Shown here: piece after piece, positions 51,830-64,000 of the stretch | Layout: the number at the start of each line of letters is the position of its first letter | Numbering within the stretch: position 1 is the stretch's first letter | Source of the DNA: Mobula hypostoma | Lineage: Eukaryota | Length of the DNA stretch: 64,000 nucleotides | Direction of reading: 5' to 3' | NCBI RefSeq assembly: GCF_963921235.1 | Contig: NC_086108.1 | Location: 31,870,001 to 31,934,000, forward strand | Translations under genes and position numbers: made by a program | Notes under the pieces: generated by a model | Database searches by the model: none | What the model was told of the DNA's origin: nothing | What the model saw: only the letters and a program-made list of their open reading frames with translations

Positions 51830-54800
51830 AAACACAAGAAATTCTGCAGATGCTGGAAATCCAAAGCAACATACACAAGATGCTGGAGGAACTCAGCATC
51901 CACGGAAATAGACTAAGAGCTGATGTTTCAGGCCGAAACCCTTCTCCAGCATTGGAAAGGAAGGAGAAGTTGCCAGAATAAAAAGAATGAGGGGAGGGGA
52001 ATAAGGATAGCTGGAAGGTGATAGGTGAAGCCAGGTGAGTGGGAAGGGTAAAGGGCTGAAGAAGAAGGAACCTGATAGGAGAGGAGAGCGGACCATAGGA
52101 GAAAGGGAAGGAGGAGGGGCACCAGAGGGGGTGACAGGCAGGTGAGAAATGTTAAGTTGGAATATAAGATGTTGCTCATCCTCCCTGAGAGTGGTCTCAT
52201 TGTGGCACAAGAGGAGGCAATAGAGTGACATGTCAGAACTTGAATGGGAATTGGAATTAGAATATTGGGTCACTGGGAAGTTCCACTTTTGGTGGATGGA
52301 GCAGAAGTGCTCAATGAAGCAGTCCCCGAATTTACAACAGGTCTCACCAATGTAGGGGAAACTGCATCATAAGTACCAGATACAATAGACGAGACCAGCA
52401 GATTCGCAGATGAAGTGCTGCCTTCCCTGGAAGGACTATTTGGGGCCTTGAATGGAGGTGAGGAAGGAGGTGAATGGGCAGGTGTAGCACTTTGCCACTT
52501 GCAGATTAAGTGCCGGGAGGGAGATCATTGGAGAGGGACAAATGGAGGGAGCAATCGCTATGGAAAGCAGAAAGTGGGGAAGAAGTAAAAATGTGTTTAG
52601 TGGTAGGATCCCTTTGGAGATGGCGGAAGGTGCGGAGAATGATACGTTGGATACATAGAAACATAGGAAATAGGTGCAGGAGTAGGCCATTCGGCCCTTC
52701 GAGCCTGCACCGCCATTTATTATGATCATGGCTGATCCTCCAACTCAGAACCCCGCCCCAGCCTTCCCTCCATACCCACTGATCCCCGTAGCCACAAGGG
52801 CCATATCTAACTCCCTCTTAAATATAGCCAATGAACTGGCCTCAACTGTTACCTGTGGCAGAGAATTCCACAGATTCACCACTCTCTGTGTGAAGAAGTT
52901 TTTCCTAATCTCGGTCCTAAAAGGCTTCCCCTCTATCCTCAAACTGTGGCCCCTCGTTCTGGACTTCCCCAACATCGGGAACAATCTTCCTGCATCTAGC
53001 CTGTCCAATCCCTTTAGGATCTTATACGTTTCAATCAGGTCCCCCTCAATCTTCTAAATTCCAACGAGTACAAGCCCAGTTCATCCAGACTTTCTTCATA
53101 TGAAAGTCCTGCCATCCCAGGAATCAATCTGGTGAACCTTCTTTGTACTCCCTCTATGGCAAGGATGTCTTTCCTCAGATTAGGGGACCAAAACTGCACA
53201 CAATACTCCAGGTGTGGTCTCACCAAGGCCTTGTACAACTGCAGTAGTACCTCCCTGCTCCTGTACTCGAATCCTCTCGCTATAAATGCCAGCATACCAT
53301 TCGCCTTTTTCACCGCCTGCTGTACCTGCATGCCCACTTTCAATGACTGGTGTATAATGACACTCAGGTCTCGTTGCACCTCTCCTTTTCCTAATCGGCC
53401 ACCATTCAGATAATAATCTGTCTTCCTATTTTTGCCACCAAAGTGGATAACTTCACATTTATCCACATTAAATTGCATCTGCCATGAATTTGCCCACTCA
53501 CCCAACCTATCCAAGTCACCCTGCATCCTCTTAGCATCCTCCTCACAGCTAACACTGTCACCCAGCTTCGTGTCACCGCAAACTTGGAGGTGCTGCATTT
53601 AATTCCCTCATCCAAGTCATTAATATATATTGTAAAACAACTGGGGTCCCAGCACTGAGCCTTGCGGTACCCCACTAGTCACCGCCTGCCATTCTGAAAA
53701 GGTCCCGTTTATTCCCACTCTTTGCTTCCTGTCTGCTAACCAATTCTCCACCCACACCAATACCTTACCCCCAATACCGTGTGCTTTAAGTTTGCACACT
53801 AATCTCCTGTGTGGGACCTTGTCAAAAGCCTTTTGAAAATCCAAATATACCACATCCACTGGTTCTCCCCTATCCACCCTACTAGTTACATCCTCAAAAA
53901 ATTCTATGAGATTCGTCAGACATGATTTTCCTTTCACAAATCCATGCTGACTTTGTCCGATCATTTCACCGCTTTCCAAATGTGCTGTTATCACATCCTT
54001 GATAACTGACTCCAGCAGCTTCCCCACCACCGACGTTAGGCTAACCGGTCTATAATTCCCCGGTTTCTCTCTCACTCCTTTTTTAAAAAGTGGAGTTACA
54101 TTAGCCACCCTCCAATCCTCCAGAATCTAACGAGTTTTGAAAAATTATCACTAATGCATCCAGTATTTCTTGGGCTACTTCCTTAAGCACTCTAGGATGC
54201 AGACCATCTGGCCCTGGGGATTTATCTGCCTTCAATCCCTTCGATTTACCTAACACCACTTCCCTACTAACCTGTATTTCGCTCAGTTCCTCCATCTCAC
54301 TGGACCCTCTGTCCCCTACTATTTCTGGAAGATTATTTATGTCCTCCTTAGTGAAGACAGAACCAAAGTAATTATTCAATTGGTCTGCCATGTCCTTGCT
54401 CCCCATAATCAATTCACCTGTTTCTGTCTGTAGGGGACCTACATTTGTCTTTACCCGTCTTTTCCTTTTTACATATCTATAAAAGCTTTTACAGTCCGTT
54501 ATTATGTTCCCTGCCGGTTTTCTCTCATAATCTTTTTTCCCCTTCCTAATTAAGCCCTTTGTCCTCCTCTGCTGAACTCTGAATTTCTCCCAGTCCTCAG
54601 TTGAGCCACTTTCTCTGGCTAATTTGTATGCTTCTTCTTTGGAATTGATACTATCCCTAATTTCTCTTGTCAGCCACAGCTACAGATGCTCATGGGATGG
54701 TAGGTAAGGACAAGAGGAAGTCTATCACTGTTAAGGCGGCGAGAAGATGGGGTGGGCATGGGTGTCCAGGAAATGGAGGAGATGCGGGCGAAGGCAGCAT

Positions 54801-55320
54801 CATTGGTGAAGGAAAGTGACCGACATTTTAATTCTAATTCCCATTCCCATCTGACATGTTGGTCCAAGGCCTGCTCTTGTGTTCCAACAAGACCACCCAC
54901 AGATTGGAGGAGCAATACCTTTTATTTGTCTGGGTAGCCTCCAATGTGGTGGTATAAGTATCGATTTCTTCTTTCGGTAAAAATAAATTCCCTCCCCCTC
55001 CTCTCTTCTTCTATTCCACACTCTAGCCTCTCACCTCTTCTCACCTTCCTCTCATCTCCCCCTGGATCGCCTCCTCCTTCCCTTTCTCCTAAGGTCCATT
55101 CTCCTTTCTAATCAGATTCCTTGCTTTCCAGCCCTTTATCTTTCTCACCTACCTGGCTTCACCTATCACCTTCTAGTTATCCTCCTTTCCCTCCCCCCAA
55201 CTTTTTATTCTGCTATCTTCACCCCTTCCTTTCCAGTCCTGAAGAAGAATCTCAGTCCAAGATGTCGACTATTTATTCAATTCTGCCTGACCTGCTGAAT
55301 CCCTCCAGCATTCTGTGTTG
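51830..55320 (-). mobile_element. Larger Penelope-like element with GIY-YIG endonuclease remnant and inverted terminal arm, interrupted by CR1
   Basis: 13-bp TSD attctgatagtat at 51817-51829 and 55321-55333. Minus-strand KCYTCPFTS...IQGPK...LVYCIW...YIGET...FIEH (52270-52500). Inverted plus-strand arm at ~54815-55320. Confidence 0.85.
52652..54677 (-). mobile_element. CR1 LINE (family A), 5'-truncated, several indels
   Basis: Fragmented RT ORFs 52745-54412, nearly identical to the 40403-42631 ORF. Confidence 0.95.
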
Positions 55321-56289
55321 ATTCTGATAGTATTATCTTGCTCACTTTATTATTTATCTTGTGTGTGGATGCTCTTATCTCCCAATGTGACCCTCAGCCT
55401 TTTTAATTATCACCGCCTGTAGCAACTCTAGCTTCTGAGCTGAAGTTCTTTTGCTCCAATGCTTGAACATTCTTAGTTAACAATTACCACTGCCTGACCA
55501 CATGTATTGCAAAGTTTACCGCCAGCTGAGTGGATAAAATATAAACAGCTAAAAACATGCAGCATGTAGATAGTATCTTTGGATTGAGAAACAGGTCTGA
55601 GACCCTTTGTCAGAGCTGAGAAAGAGAAGAACAAATTGATTCTCAGTAGCTGAGAGGGTGGAGAAGGGATGGACAGAACAAAGGGAATATTCTTGTTAAG
55701 ACATGACCATCTGGGTTAATTGGGGCAGCTTGAGTAGAAAGTACACTCACATTATGCTTATTTTGTAGGATTTTATTTCCCTCAACTAATTTCATTTTGT
55801 TTATTTCTGTTTATTTTGTCGTGTAAGTTATGTAGATTTATATTCATTTAAGTTCATGTTAGTTATGTTGGTCATGTTTACTGTGCTGCTGCTGCAGAAA
55901 GCTAATTTTCATGACATTTATACCTTGGGTATGTATGCCCATGCCAATACACGTGAACTTGAACTCCGTCTTTGAAATGTGATGTCAACAGTAAGATGGT
56001 GAGACATACCTGGCAGGTCAGTCTAGAGAAACAGAAATAAAAACTGAGCCCAGATGTAGACAGACAGTAATGACCATTTCTGAAAAACACAGAGAGAGAG
56101 AGCTATCTAAAGTAGGGGAATTTGGCACTCAGTCTGAAAGGCTGAAACGTGACTAGGCAGAGGATGAGGTGCTATTCCTCAAACTTGCACTGACAGGAAG
56201 GTCAGAGTGGGACGGGGAAGGTGAATTAAAGTGACAAGAAACTAAAAGCTCAAGTTCCCTACTGCAGACTGAACACTGGTGCTCCTGGA

Positions 56290-57480
56290 ACACAGTGAAT
56301 GGGAGTGTGGGGTAATGCATTTTGGTAGGAAGAACATAGATGCAGCTTCTTACTTACTTAAGCCTATCACCATTACTGGGGCATAGGCCACCGACAGTAG
56401 TTCGCCAGAGTCTGCTGTTCTGGGCCAGACTTTCACATTGTCCCAAGATGTAGCCTATCTTCTTGATATATGCTTCCTCTCCCAGGGATGAACTCTTTGG
56501 AGATTGTTCACATTCCTGAAGCTTTGGGTTTTTTTTTATAGGATAGGGTTGCTAGCTCAATGACCAACCGTCCTCCTTTTGTAGCCAGGCTTGGGATGTT
56601 CAAGAGTTAATATAGGTGTGGACTAATTTCTAAATGGGGAGAAAAATCAGAAGTCAGAAGTGCAAAGGGTCCTGAGAGTTCTAGTGCATTATTCCCTTAA
56701 AGTCACCTTTGCAGGTTGAGTCAGTAGTAATTGTAAACACAAAATACTCTGCAGATGCTGGGGTCAAAGCAACACTCACAACACGCTGGAGGAACTCAGC
56801 AGGTCAGGCAGCATCCGTGGAAACGATCAGTCAACGTTTCCACAGATGCTGCCCGACCTGCTGAGTTCCTCCAGCGTGTTGTGAGAGTCAGTAGTAAAGA
56901 AGGCAAATACAATGTTAGAATTCATTTTGAGAGGACTAGAATATAAAAACAAGGAGGTAATGCTGAGGCTCTACATGGTATTGGTCAAAACGCATTGTAG
57001 TATTGTGAGCACTTTTGGGCCACATATCTAAGGAAGGTTGTGCTGCCCCTGGAGAAGGTCCAAAGTAGGTTGTGATCCCAGGAATGAAAGGCTTAAAATA
57101 TGAAGAGTGTCTGATGTCTCTGGGCCTGTACTCAATGGAGTTCAGAAGGGTTAGGAGGGATCTCATTGAAACCTACCATATACTGAAAGACTGAATAGAG
57201 TGGATTTTCCATTAGTAGGAGAAACTAGGATCCAAAAGATCAGAATAAAGGGACTTCCCTTTATAAATGACATGAGGAGGAATTTATTTGGTTAGAAACC
57301 GGTGAATCGGCAGAAATTGATAAGTTTGTGATTGGTAAGGGGGCAGGTTATGTGATACAAGAAGAAGGCAGGAAAATATATTGATAAAAAAATCAGTCAC
57401 AATTAATGGTGGAGAAAGATCAATGAGCTGAATGGCCTAATTCTGCTCCTATATCTTATTACCTTATGCCCTTATGGTTT
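56290..57480 (+). mobile_element. Old CR1 LINE with nested insertions
   Basis: Degenerate RT C-terminus (gaggactagaatataaaaacaaggaggtaatgctgagg...); ends cctatatcttat. Confidence 0.7.
56731..56884. mobile_element. Small Penelope-derived fold-back insertion
   Basis: Arms 56775-56825 and 56835-56885 (2 mismatches). 13-bp TSD gagtcagtagtaa at 56718-56730 and 56885-56897. Confidence 0.85.
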
Positions 57481-57504
57481 TATGGTTCTGCAAAAACAAT
57501 CACC

Positions 57505-57750
57505 CAAAAAAACATACTGGAGGAACTCAGCAGGTGAGGCAACATGTGGTGGAGGGGAATAAACAGTCAACGTTTCAGGGCAAGATCCTTCATCAGGGCT
57601 GGAAAAGAAGGGGGAAGAAGCCCGAATAAGAAGGTTGGGGGAGGGGAAGGAGTCCAAGCTGGCAGGTGATCGGTGAGGCCTGGTGAGGGAATAGGTAGTT
57701 GAGTGGGGGAGGGGAGATGAAATGAGAAGCAGGAAGGTGATAGGTGGACT
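57505..57750 (-). mobile_element. Penelope-like 3' fragment with hammerhead motif at 57564-57601
   Basis: Reverse complement: cagcc-CTGATGA-aggatcttgccct-GAAAC-GTT-gactg. Confidence 0.7.
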
Positions 57751-58699
57751 GCACTCTTAAAGTTGGAATAAGTATGAGTACTGTAATTTAATATTAATGG
57801 CACTAGGTGGCAGAACAATCCATATTTTCCCAAGTTTTACTGGCGTTTCTGTAGCTTTCTAAAGTTTTATAAACTCATAGAAACATTTTCTTGTCATCCA
57901 AGTTATACTTTAATGTTTTATTGTAATAATCATCACTCATATTGCTTTCCTCTGCTTTTGCAAACCCAACCATATTAGAATTTTTTTGTGAGAGAATTAA
58001 TCTGCCTTTGCTGTTGTCTTTGCTATGGATATATTCAATGGTATAGGATAAATTTTCCTGAAATTTGAATGAAATTATCAATCAAAATGCAAGTAGTCCA
58101 ACTCTATCCTGGTAATATTTCAATGGTTTTGCTATTCTAATTGCCTCTCGTCATTATTAGAAGTATCAAAGATTGTTAGTTATAAATCCAATCAATGATA
58201 TTCCCACAGTGAATGATAGATAGTCTAGCAAGATTGAATCAATAATTATTTAATTAATGACATACATTTATATAATGCCTTCAACAAATAAAATGTTTTG
58301 AGGTGTTTTACAGGAGCATAAAGTATCAAAAACTTGGTACTGTCAAAAAGCACGTTATGAGGACTGATGGCAAAGAATCACAAAGGAGCAGGAGAAGGCT
58401 ATTCAACCCTTGGAACCTGCTACACCTTTCAATATGATCATAACTGATCATCCAAATTCAGGAGTCTATTCCATCTTTCTTTCTGATCTCTTGATCCCTT
58501 TAGCTCTCAGAAAGATATCCAATACTTTCTTATGAATGATGTTTATATGATGCCATGTGCCTGTGAACCTTCAGCAAGTAAGATTTTCATTACACTCCCT
58601 GAGAAAAAGACTGTGCATATTCATTCTATCCACAGTACTGCACAAAAGTCTTAGGCATATTTATTTATATATATATATATAATATTCAATTATATATAG

Positions 58700-60232
58700 A
58701 AATCGTGGACGCATTGGTAATCATTTTCCAATGTTCTATAGATTCAAGATCAGTTCCTGTGGATTGGAGGGTGGCTAATGTTGTCCCTCTCTTCAAGAAG
58801 GAAGGAAGAGAGAAAACAGGGAATTATAGACCAGTTAGCCTGATGTCGGTGGAGGGAAAGATGCTGGAGTCAATTATAAAAGATGAAATTACGACACATC
58901 TGGATAGCAGTAACAGGATTGGTCCGAGTCAGCATGGATTTATGAAGGGGAAATCGTGATTGACTAATTTGGAATTTTTTGAGGATGTAACTATGAAAAT
59001 GGACAAGGGAGAGCCAGTGGATGTAGTGTACCTGGACTTCCAGAAAGCCTTTGATAAAGTCCCACATAGGAGATTAGTGGACAAAGTTAGGGCACATGGT
59101 ATTGGGGGCAGAGTACCGACATGGATTGAAAATTGGCTGGCTGACAGAAAACAAAGAGTAGCGATTAACGGGTCCCTTTCGGAATGGCAGGTGGTGACCA
59201 GTGGGGTACCGCAGGGTTCAGTGCTGGGACCGCAGCTGTTTACAATATATATTAATGATTTAGATGAGGGAATTAAAAGTAACATTAGCAACTTTGCCGA
59301 TGACACAAAGCTGGGTGGCAGTGTGAAAGGTGAGGAGGAGGATGTTACAAGAATGCAGGGTGACTTGGACAGGCTGGGTGAGTGGGCAGTTGCATGGCAG
59401 ATGCAGTTTAATGTAGATAAATGTGAGGTTATCCACTTTGGTGGTAAGAACAGGAAGGCAGATTATTATCTAAATGGACTCAAGTTAGGAAAAGAGGAAG
59501 TACAACGAGATCTAGGTGTTCTTGTACATCAGTCACTGAAAGCAAGCATGCAAGTACAGCAGGCAGTGAAGAAAGCTAATGGCATGCTGGCCTTCATAAC
59601 AAGGGGAATTGAGTATAAGAGCAAAGAGGTCCTTCTGCAGCTGTACAGGGCCCTGGTGAGATCACACCTGGAGTACTGTGTGCAGTTTTGGTCTCCAAAT
59701 TTGAGGAAGGACATTCTTACTATTGAGGGAGTGCAGCGTAGGTTCACAAAGTTAATTCCCGGGATGACGGGACTGTCATATGTCGAAAGATTGGAGCAAC
59801 TGGGCTTGTGTACTCTGGAATTTAGAAGGCTGAGAGGGGTCTTATTGAAACATATAAGATTATTAAGGGATTGGACACGCTGGAGGCAGGAAGCATGTTC
59901 CCGCTGATGGGTGAGTCCAGAACCAGAGGCCACAGCTTAAGAATAAAGGCTAGGCCATTTAGAACGGAGTTGAGGAAAAACCTTTTCACCCAGAGAGTGG
60001 TGGATATATGGAATACTCTGCCCCAGAAGGCTGTGGAGGCCAAGTCTCTGGATGCTTTCAGGAAAGAGATGAATAGAGCTCTTAAAGATAGCAGAATCAA
60101 AGGTTATGGGGATAAGGCAGGAACTGGATACTGATTGTGGATGATCAGCCATGATCACAGTGAATGGCGGTGCTGGCTCGAAGGGCCAAATGGCCTACTC
60201 CTGCACCTATTGTCTATTGTCTATTGTCTATT
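58700..60232 (+). mobile_element. CR1 LINE (family B), RT part
   Basis: ORFs 58705-59907 with [21 protein letters not shown] and NFADD; (ctattgt)n tail. Confidence 0.93.
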
Positions 60233-60939
60233 AACCTGTTCAGCCTTCATAACACAGTCCCTTAAGTCTTGGCAACATTGCATAAAACTCTACATACTTT
60301 CCAGACCTATAGCAGTGTGACTACAACTGAACACAATATTTCAAACACAGCCATCTTCTACATCTTGTAGAACTGCAACATAATATTCCATTTTCTATAC
60401 CTTTAAAAATTTTGAAGGGTTCTATGAGACCTCCCCTCAGCCTTCTAAAGTCTAGTGAATATATGTCTTATTGGCCCAACTTTCTTATTAGTCTGTCCCG
60501 TCCCAGGAATCTGTCTGGTGACCAAACACTTCTAAATGTGGTAGATTTTAAGCAGCATCTTCAAGGAACAAAATGCAGAGAAGAAAGGTGCTATAGATAG
60601 GGATTTCCATCAAATTCTATCCATTTCTCCTGCTTTAGATTAGTTATCAAAGATTAGTCAGGAATATTTAATTATCTTTAAAGGGTTTTGTCTAGATAAT
60701 TATTAAAATATCTGAATGAGATTCCTCCCTTCTTAAACTGTAAGGCATTACTACCATCTTTCATAGAATGTTGTCAATATGTGTGGTAAAAATCAATAAT
60801 TTTATTTGTTGCTACTGGAAACCCAGATGCCTTCATATGAAACAAATATGCAGAACTGACCATCGTATTCTGGTACATCTACGTGATCTGTTTGTTTAGG
60901 TTTGAGTTTATCATCAAGGGCATACATACCCTATTCACT

Positions 60940-61400
60940 GCCACCCCATTCCCACTCAGTGAGACAATGCAACCCTTTTTTTGCATTTGAGCCCAAAAGA
61001 GAGCCCCCATCTACATATCAGTCCATCAGCAAGGCCACTTCATTCTATCTCCATAATGTCACCCGCCGCTACTCCCACCACAGCTCATCTGACGCGGGAA
61101 CACTCGTGCACCTGCTTGTTCACTGTAGTTCACTATTGTGCCCAGCCTTTCAAGAATCACCTTCCTTAAATGTAAGGTCATCCAGAATTCGGTTCCATGT
61201 AGCTTGCATTAGAAACCATTCACCAAGTACTTCTGGGCCTGTTCCCTTACACAACTTTCCAGTCTGGCATGCTTCAATCTTAGCACCCTTGTGTCTATTT
61301 GTTAATTATTCCTCTGTTTTCCCACTCCCTGTAACCCTCTCCAACCTTACAAACATCCAAAATCCCTGCCCTTAGCCAATGTCGGTCTTTTGCATTTCTA
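60940..61400 (+). mobile_element. Old L2-like LINE remnant
   Basis: Degenerate HISKATSFYLHNV.R.......DAGTLVH motif typical of the L2 RT C-terminus. Confidence 0.5.
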
Positions 61401-61579
61401 GATTGCTGTGCATTCAGCTGTACGTGGGTAATGCGGAAGAGGATTTGAGGAGATCTGTGCAAGAATTTTATGATCCAAGGGTGGCTGGAATCTGGATAGC
61501 ATTGCCTGGGTGGGTGGTAGAGGCAGATACACTCCACAAAATTTAATAAGCATTTGGATTCAATGACCAGGGCATAGAT

Positions 61580-62912
61580 CGGTGGTTTCTAACGTGGGCG
61601 ATATCCCCTCCACTTCCCTGGCGCAATGAGAATTTCTAAGAGGACGATAAAGCTAAAGGGGGCAGAGGGACTTTGGGTAGCAAGAGGGGCCCCTGAAGGA
61701 TTACAGGCTTCATCAAAGAAATAAATTACTTATTATAAACATTTGATCCTCAGTGCCTCATAATTGATTACAATGATCACATAATCACCTCATCTCATGC
61801 TAACCTACCGATCTCAACTTTTCTTGAAGCATATCATAGTGGTTGAAAAGCAGTATGACACTTCTGTATTTGGCTTATCCTGAGCAATCTGGAGTGAAGA
61901 AATCATGTTATTTCCAGGCCTGACTTGTGCATTATTGCCATTCACTACTGTTAGCCAGTAAGATCCCCATACTCTAATCACGCTGTGACGCAGTTTTTGT
62001 GAATTAGGGTATGGTATGGCCTTCAGTATCTTCCCTTTTGAATGGTCTTGACCACATTTCTCTAACCCACGGCCCAACTGAGATATTGCTGCCCCACTTT
62101 ATGCACCTTCAGGCAGAGAGTCAGGTTTTGCCTGAGCTATTATGACATCATAACTTGCCCCTTTATCGATCACAGCATTTGAGGTCAGACTTAGCGAAAG
62201 GCTATTGACTGTGGACATTAATCCATAAATGGCAGAAGACCAAGAGAAAAAGAAGTTTGGACTTCACAAACTTGAGGTTGGACTTAGCAAAAGGCTATTG
62301 ACTGCGTGCATTAATCCATAAAGTAAAAGGTGGAGGCAGACCGAGAGAAAAAGAAGTGTAGACAGTATAGAGCGGAGTATCTACAATATGGATTTATACC
62401 AGCACCAAGCAGCCAACAATGTGTCTGTTGTGTGAACAAGTTTTTTCAAATGAGACAATGAAACTGTCCAGGTTCCTTGAACATTTAAAGATAACACACT
62501 CTGATAAAGCAAATAAGAACTTGCCTTATTTTCAGTCACTTTGTGAAAACTTTCAGAAACGGAAAATGCTTCAAAATATCTTTGCCAGCACTTCACAACA
62601 TGACAGTGATGGTTTGCGTGCTTCATACAACAATTCATTGCTCATTGCTTAATCTGAAAATCCGCATATAATTGGAGAAGAACTGATTGTGTCAGCAGTC
62701 AGGGAGGTTCTGAGTACAGAACTAAATAATCAAATTGATTCCACTCAGTGATAACTCTGTTGAAAGACAAATAGATAAAATGTCTGAGAGTGTGGAAGAC
62801 ACATTATATAACGTATTGTACTTACCACAACAGAATTTGCTCTGTAGTTGGATGAGTCAGCTTTACCAGGTAACACATCTTTGTTTCTTGGTTATGCTTG
62901 CTTCAAAAAAGC
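61580..62912 (+). mobile_element. hAT (Buster/Charlie-like) transposon, 5' part
   Basis: KKKCRQYRAEYLQYGFI...CLLCEQVFSNETMKLSRFLEHLK (BED-like finger), IPLSDNSVERQI and FAL.LDES; TIR-like cggtggtttctaac at 61580. Confidence 0.75.
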
Positions 62913-64000
62913 TGTAAGTATGACGAGAGTCCTTGAAGAGGATGGTTTGGACCCAAATGCTGGAGTATCCAAGGCTAACATTGAGATATGGATCAAGAAC
63001 TGAGCACAAAACAAACACTAGACAATATCATTAGTACAACTTACGATTGAGAACTGATGCTCTATTCAGGTGTTCTGTAAATACTCAGTTCTTTGCGCCC
63101 AAAACATGAATACCAATTAGCAGGATGATCCTGAATCTTTAAAAAGGCTGCTAAATCTCTATTCAAGAGATTTATTGTGTCTAAGCCCCGCAAGCTGGCG
63201 TGATTGGGTGCACGTTATAACAGGACCCCCTCCCCTATGGCCAACCCTTGGCTCCTCAGAGAGACAATGATCGTAGTCACAGTTGAGAGTCAGATCCAAG
63301 ATGTCCCTTTCAGAAACTTAGCACCTTTCTTCAGATCCAAAACCTTCCAGTCCATGAGGAACCTCCAAGCACCCTGAACAATTCGGGAATCCAAAACTCT
63401 TCTCATGGTGAAAACCTATTCCCATCGACAAACCTGGGCAGTAGTGGGACTGATGATGGTGGGGCTAAAGGGCTGGTGTTCACAGGTTTTAATTTGGAAA
63501 TATGGAAAGTGGAATTGATCTTGAGAGTCTTGGGGAGCTGTAAGGTGTAAGCCACTGGGCTACACCTACTTACTTTCCTGGGAATCTTGAAGGATCCAAT
63601 GAACTTGGGCGCCAATTTCCTGAACTTCGTTCAGACAGGCAAATCCTGTTGCCCAGGCCGCAAAACTGGTCCATGTTTTCTCTTGTGGTTAGCCTTTATT
63701 TCAACCTTCCAGGTCGAAGCTAACAAAATCTCCCTTGCCCGAGACCATTTCTCCTTGCAGCGTCAGGCTAGATCTTCAGTTGCAGGAACTCCAACCTCGG
63801 CCTCCTGCTTAGGGAAGAGTGGTGGAGAATACCCAAATAGGCATTCAAAATGGGACAACCTGTGCACTGAATGCTGTAAAGTGCTGTGGGTAACCTCTGC
63901 CCACACAAACAGTCATCCTGTCTTTCAGAGGCCATACACCTTAGGGTTTGTTCCAAATCTTGGTTCACCCGCTCCATCAGGCCATTGAACTGTGGGTGAA
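62913..64000 (-). mobile_element. Gypsy (chromovirus-like) 3' end: integrase C-terminus, polypurine tract (PPT) and 3' LTR 62913-63222
   Basis: TG...CA LTR; adjacent PPT ggggagggggtcc on the minus strand (63223-63235). Motifs ERVNQDLEQTLRC and APKFIGSFKI...AYTLQLP...TFHISKLKP. Confidence 0.85.

Overview
This is eukaryotic, repeat-dense vertebrate DNA. The repeat families suggest a cartilaginous fish, probably a ray, but that is an inference. The only host gene found is TMED5 (p24/GOLD cargo receptor) on the + strand, with coding exons 2-4 at 23144-23241, 32765-32945 and 37271-37489. Exon 1 was not found and probably lies upstream of the window. The rest is mostly transposable elements: several CR1 LINE families (four very similar young copies on the - strand), Rex/Babar LINEs, Penelope-like elements (PLEs), Gypsy LTR remnants, Tc1, hAT and Chapaev3-like DNA transposons, often nested. 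Two things stand out. First, a family of PLE-derived fold-back (hairpin) insertions with 13-17 bp target-site duplications (TSDs) carries a minimal type I hammerhead ribozyme motif (stem I-CUGACGA-stem II-GAAAC-GUC-stem I). Second, a ~5.9 kb G-rich minisatellite with a ~50 bp unit has grown out of the coding region of a Rex/Babar LINE inside TMED5 intron 1. Most ORFs in the supplied track are TE fragments, antisense ORFs or repeat artefacts. Boundaries of old repeats are approximate.
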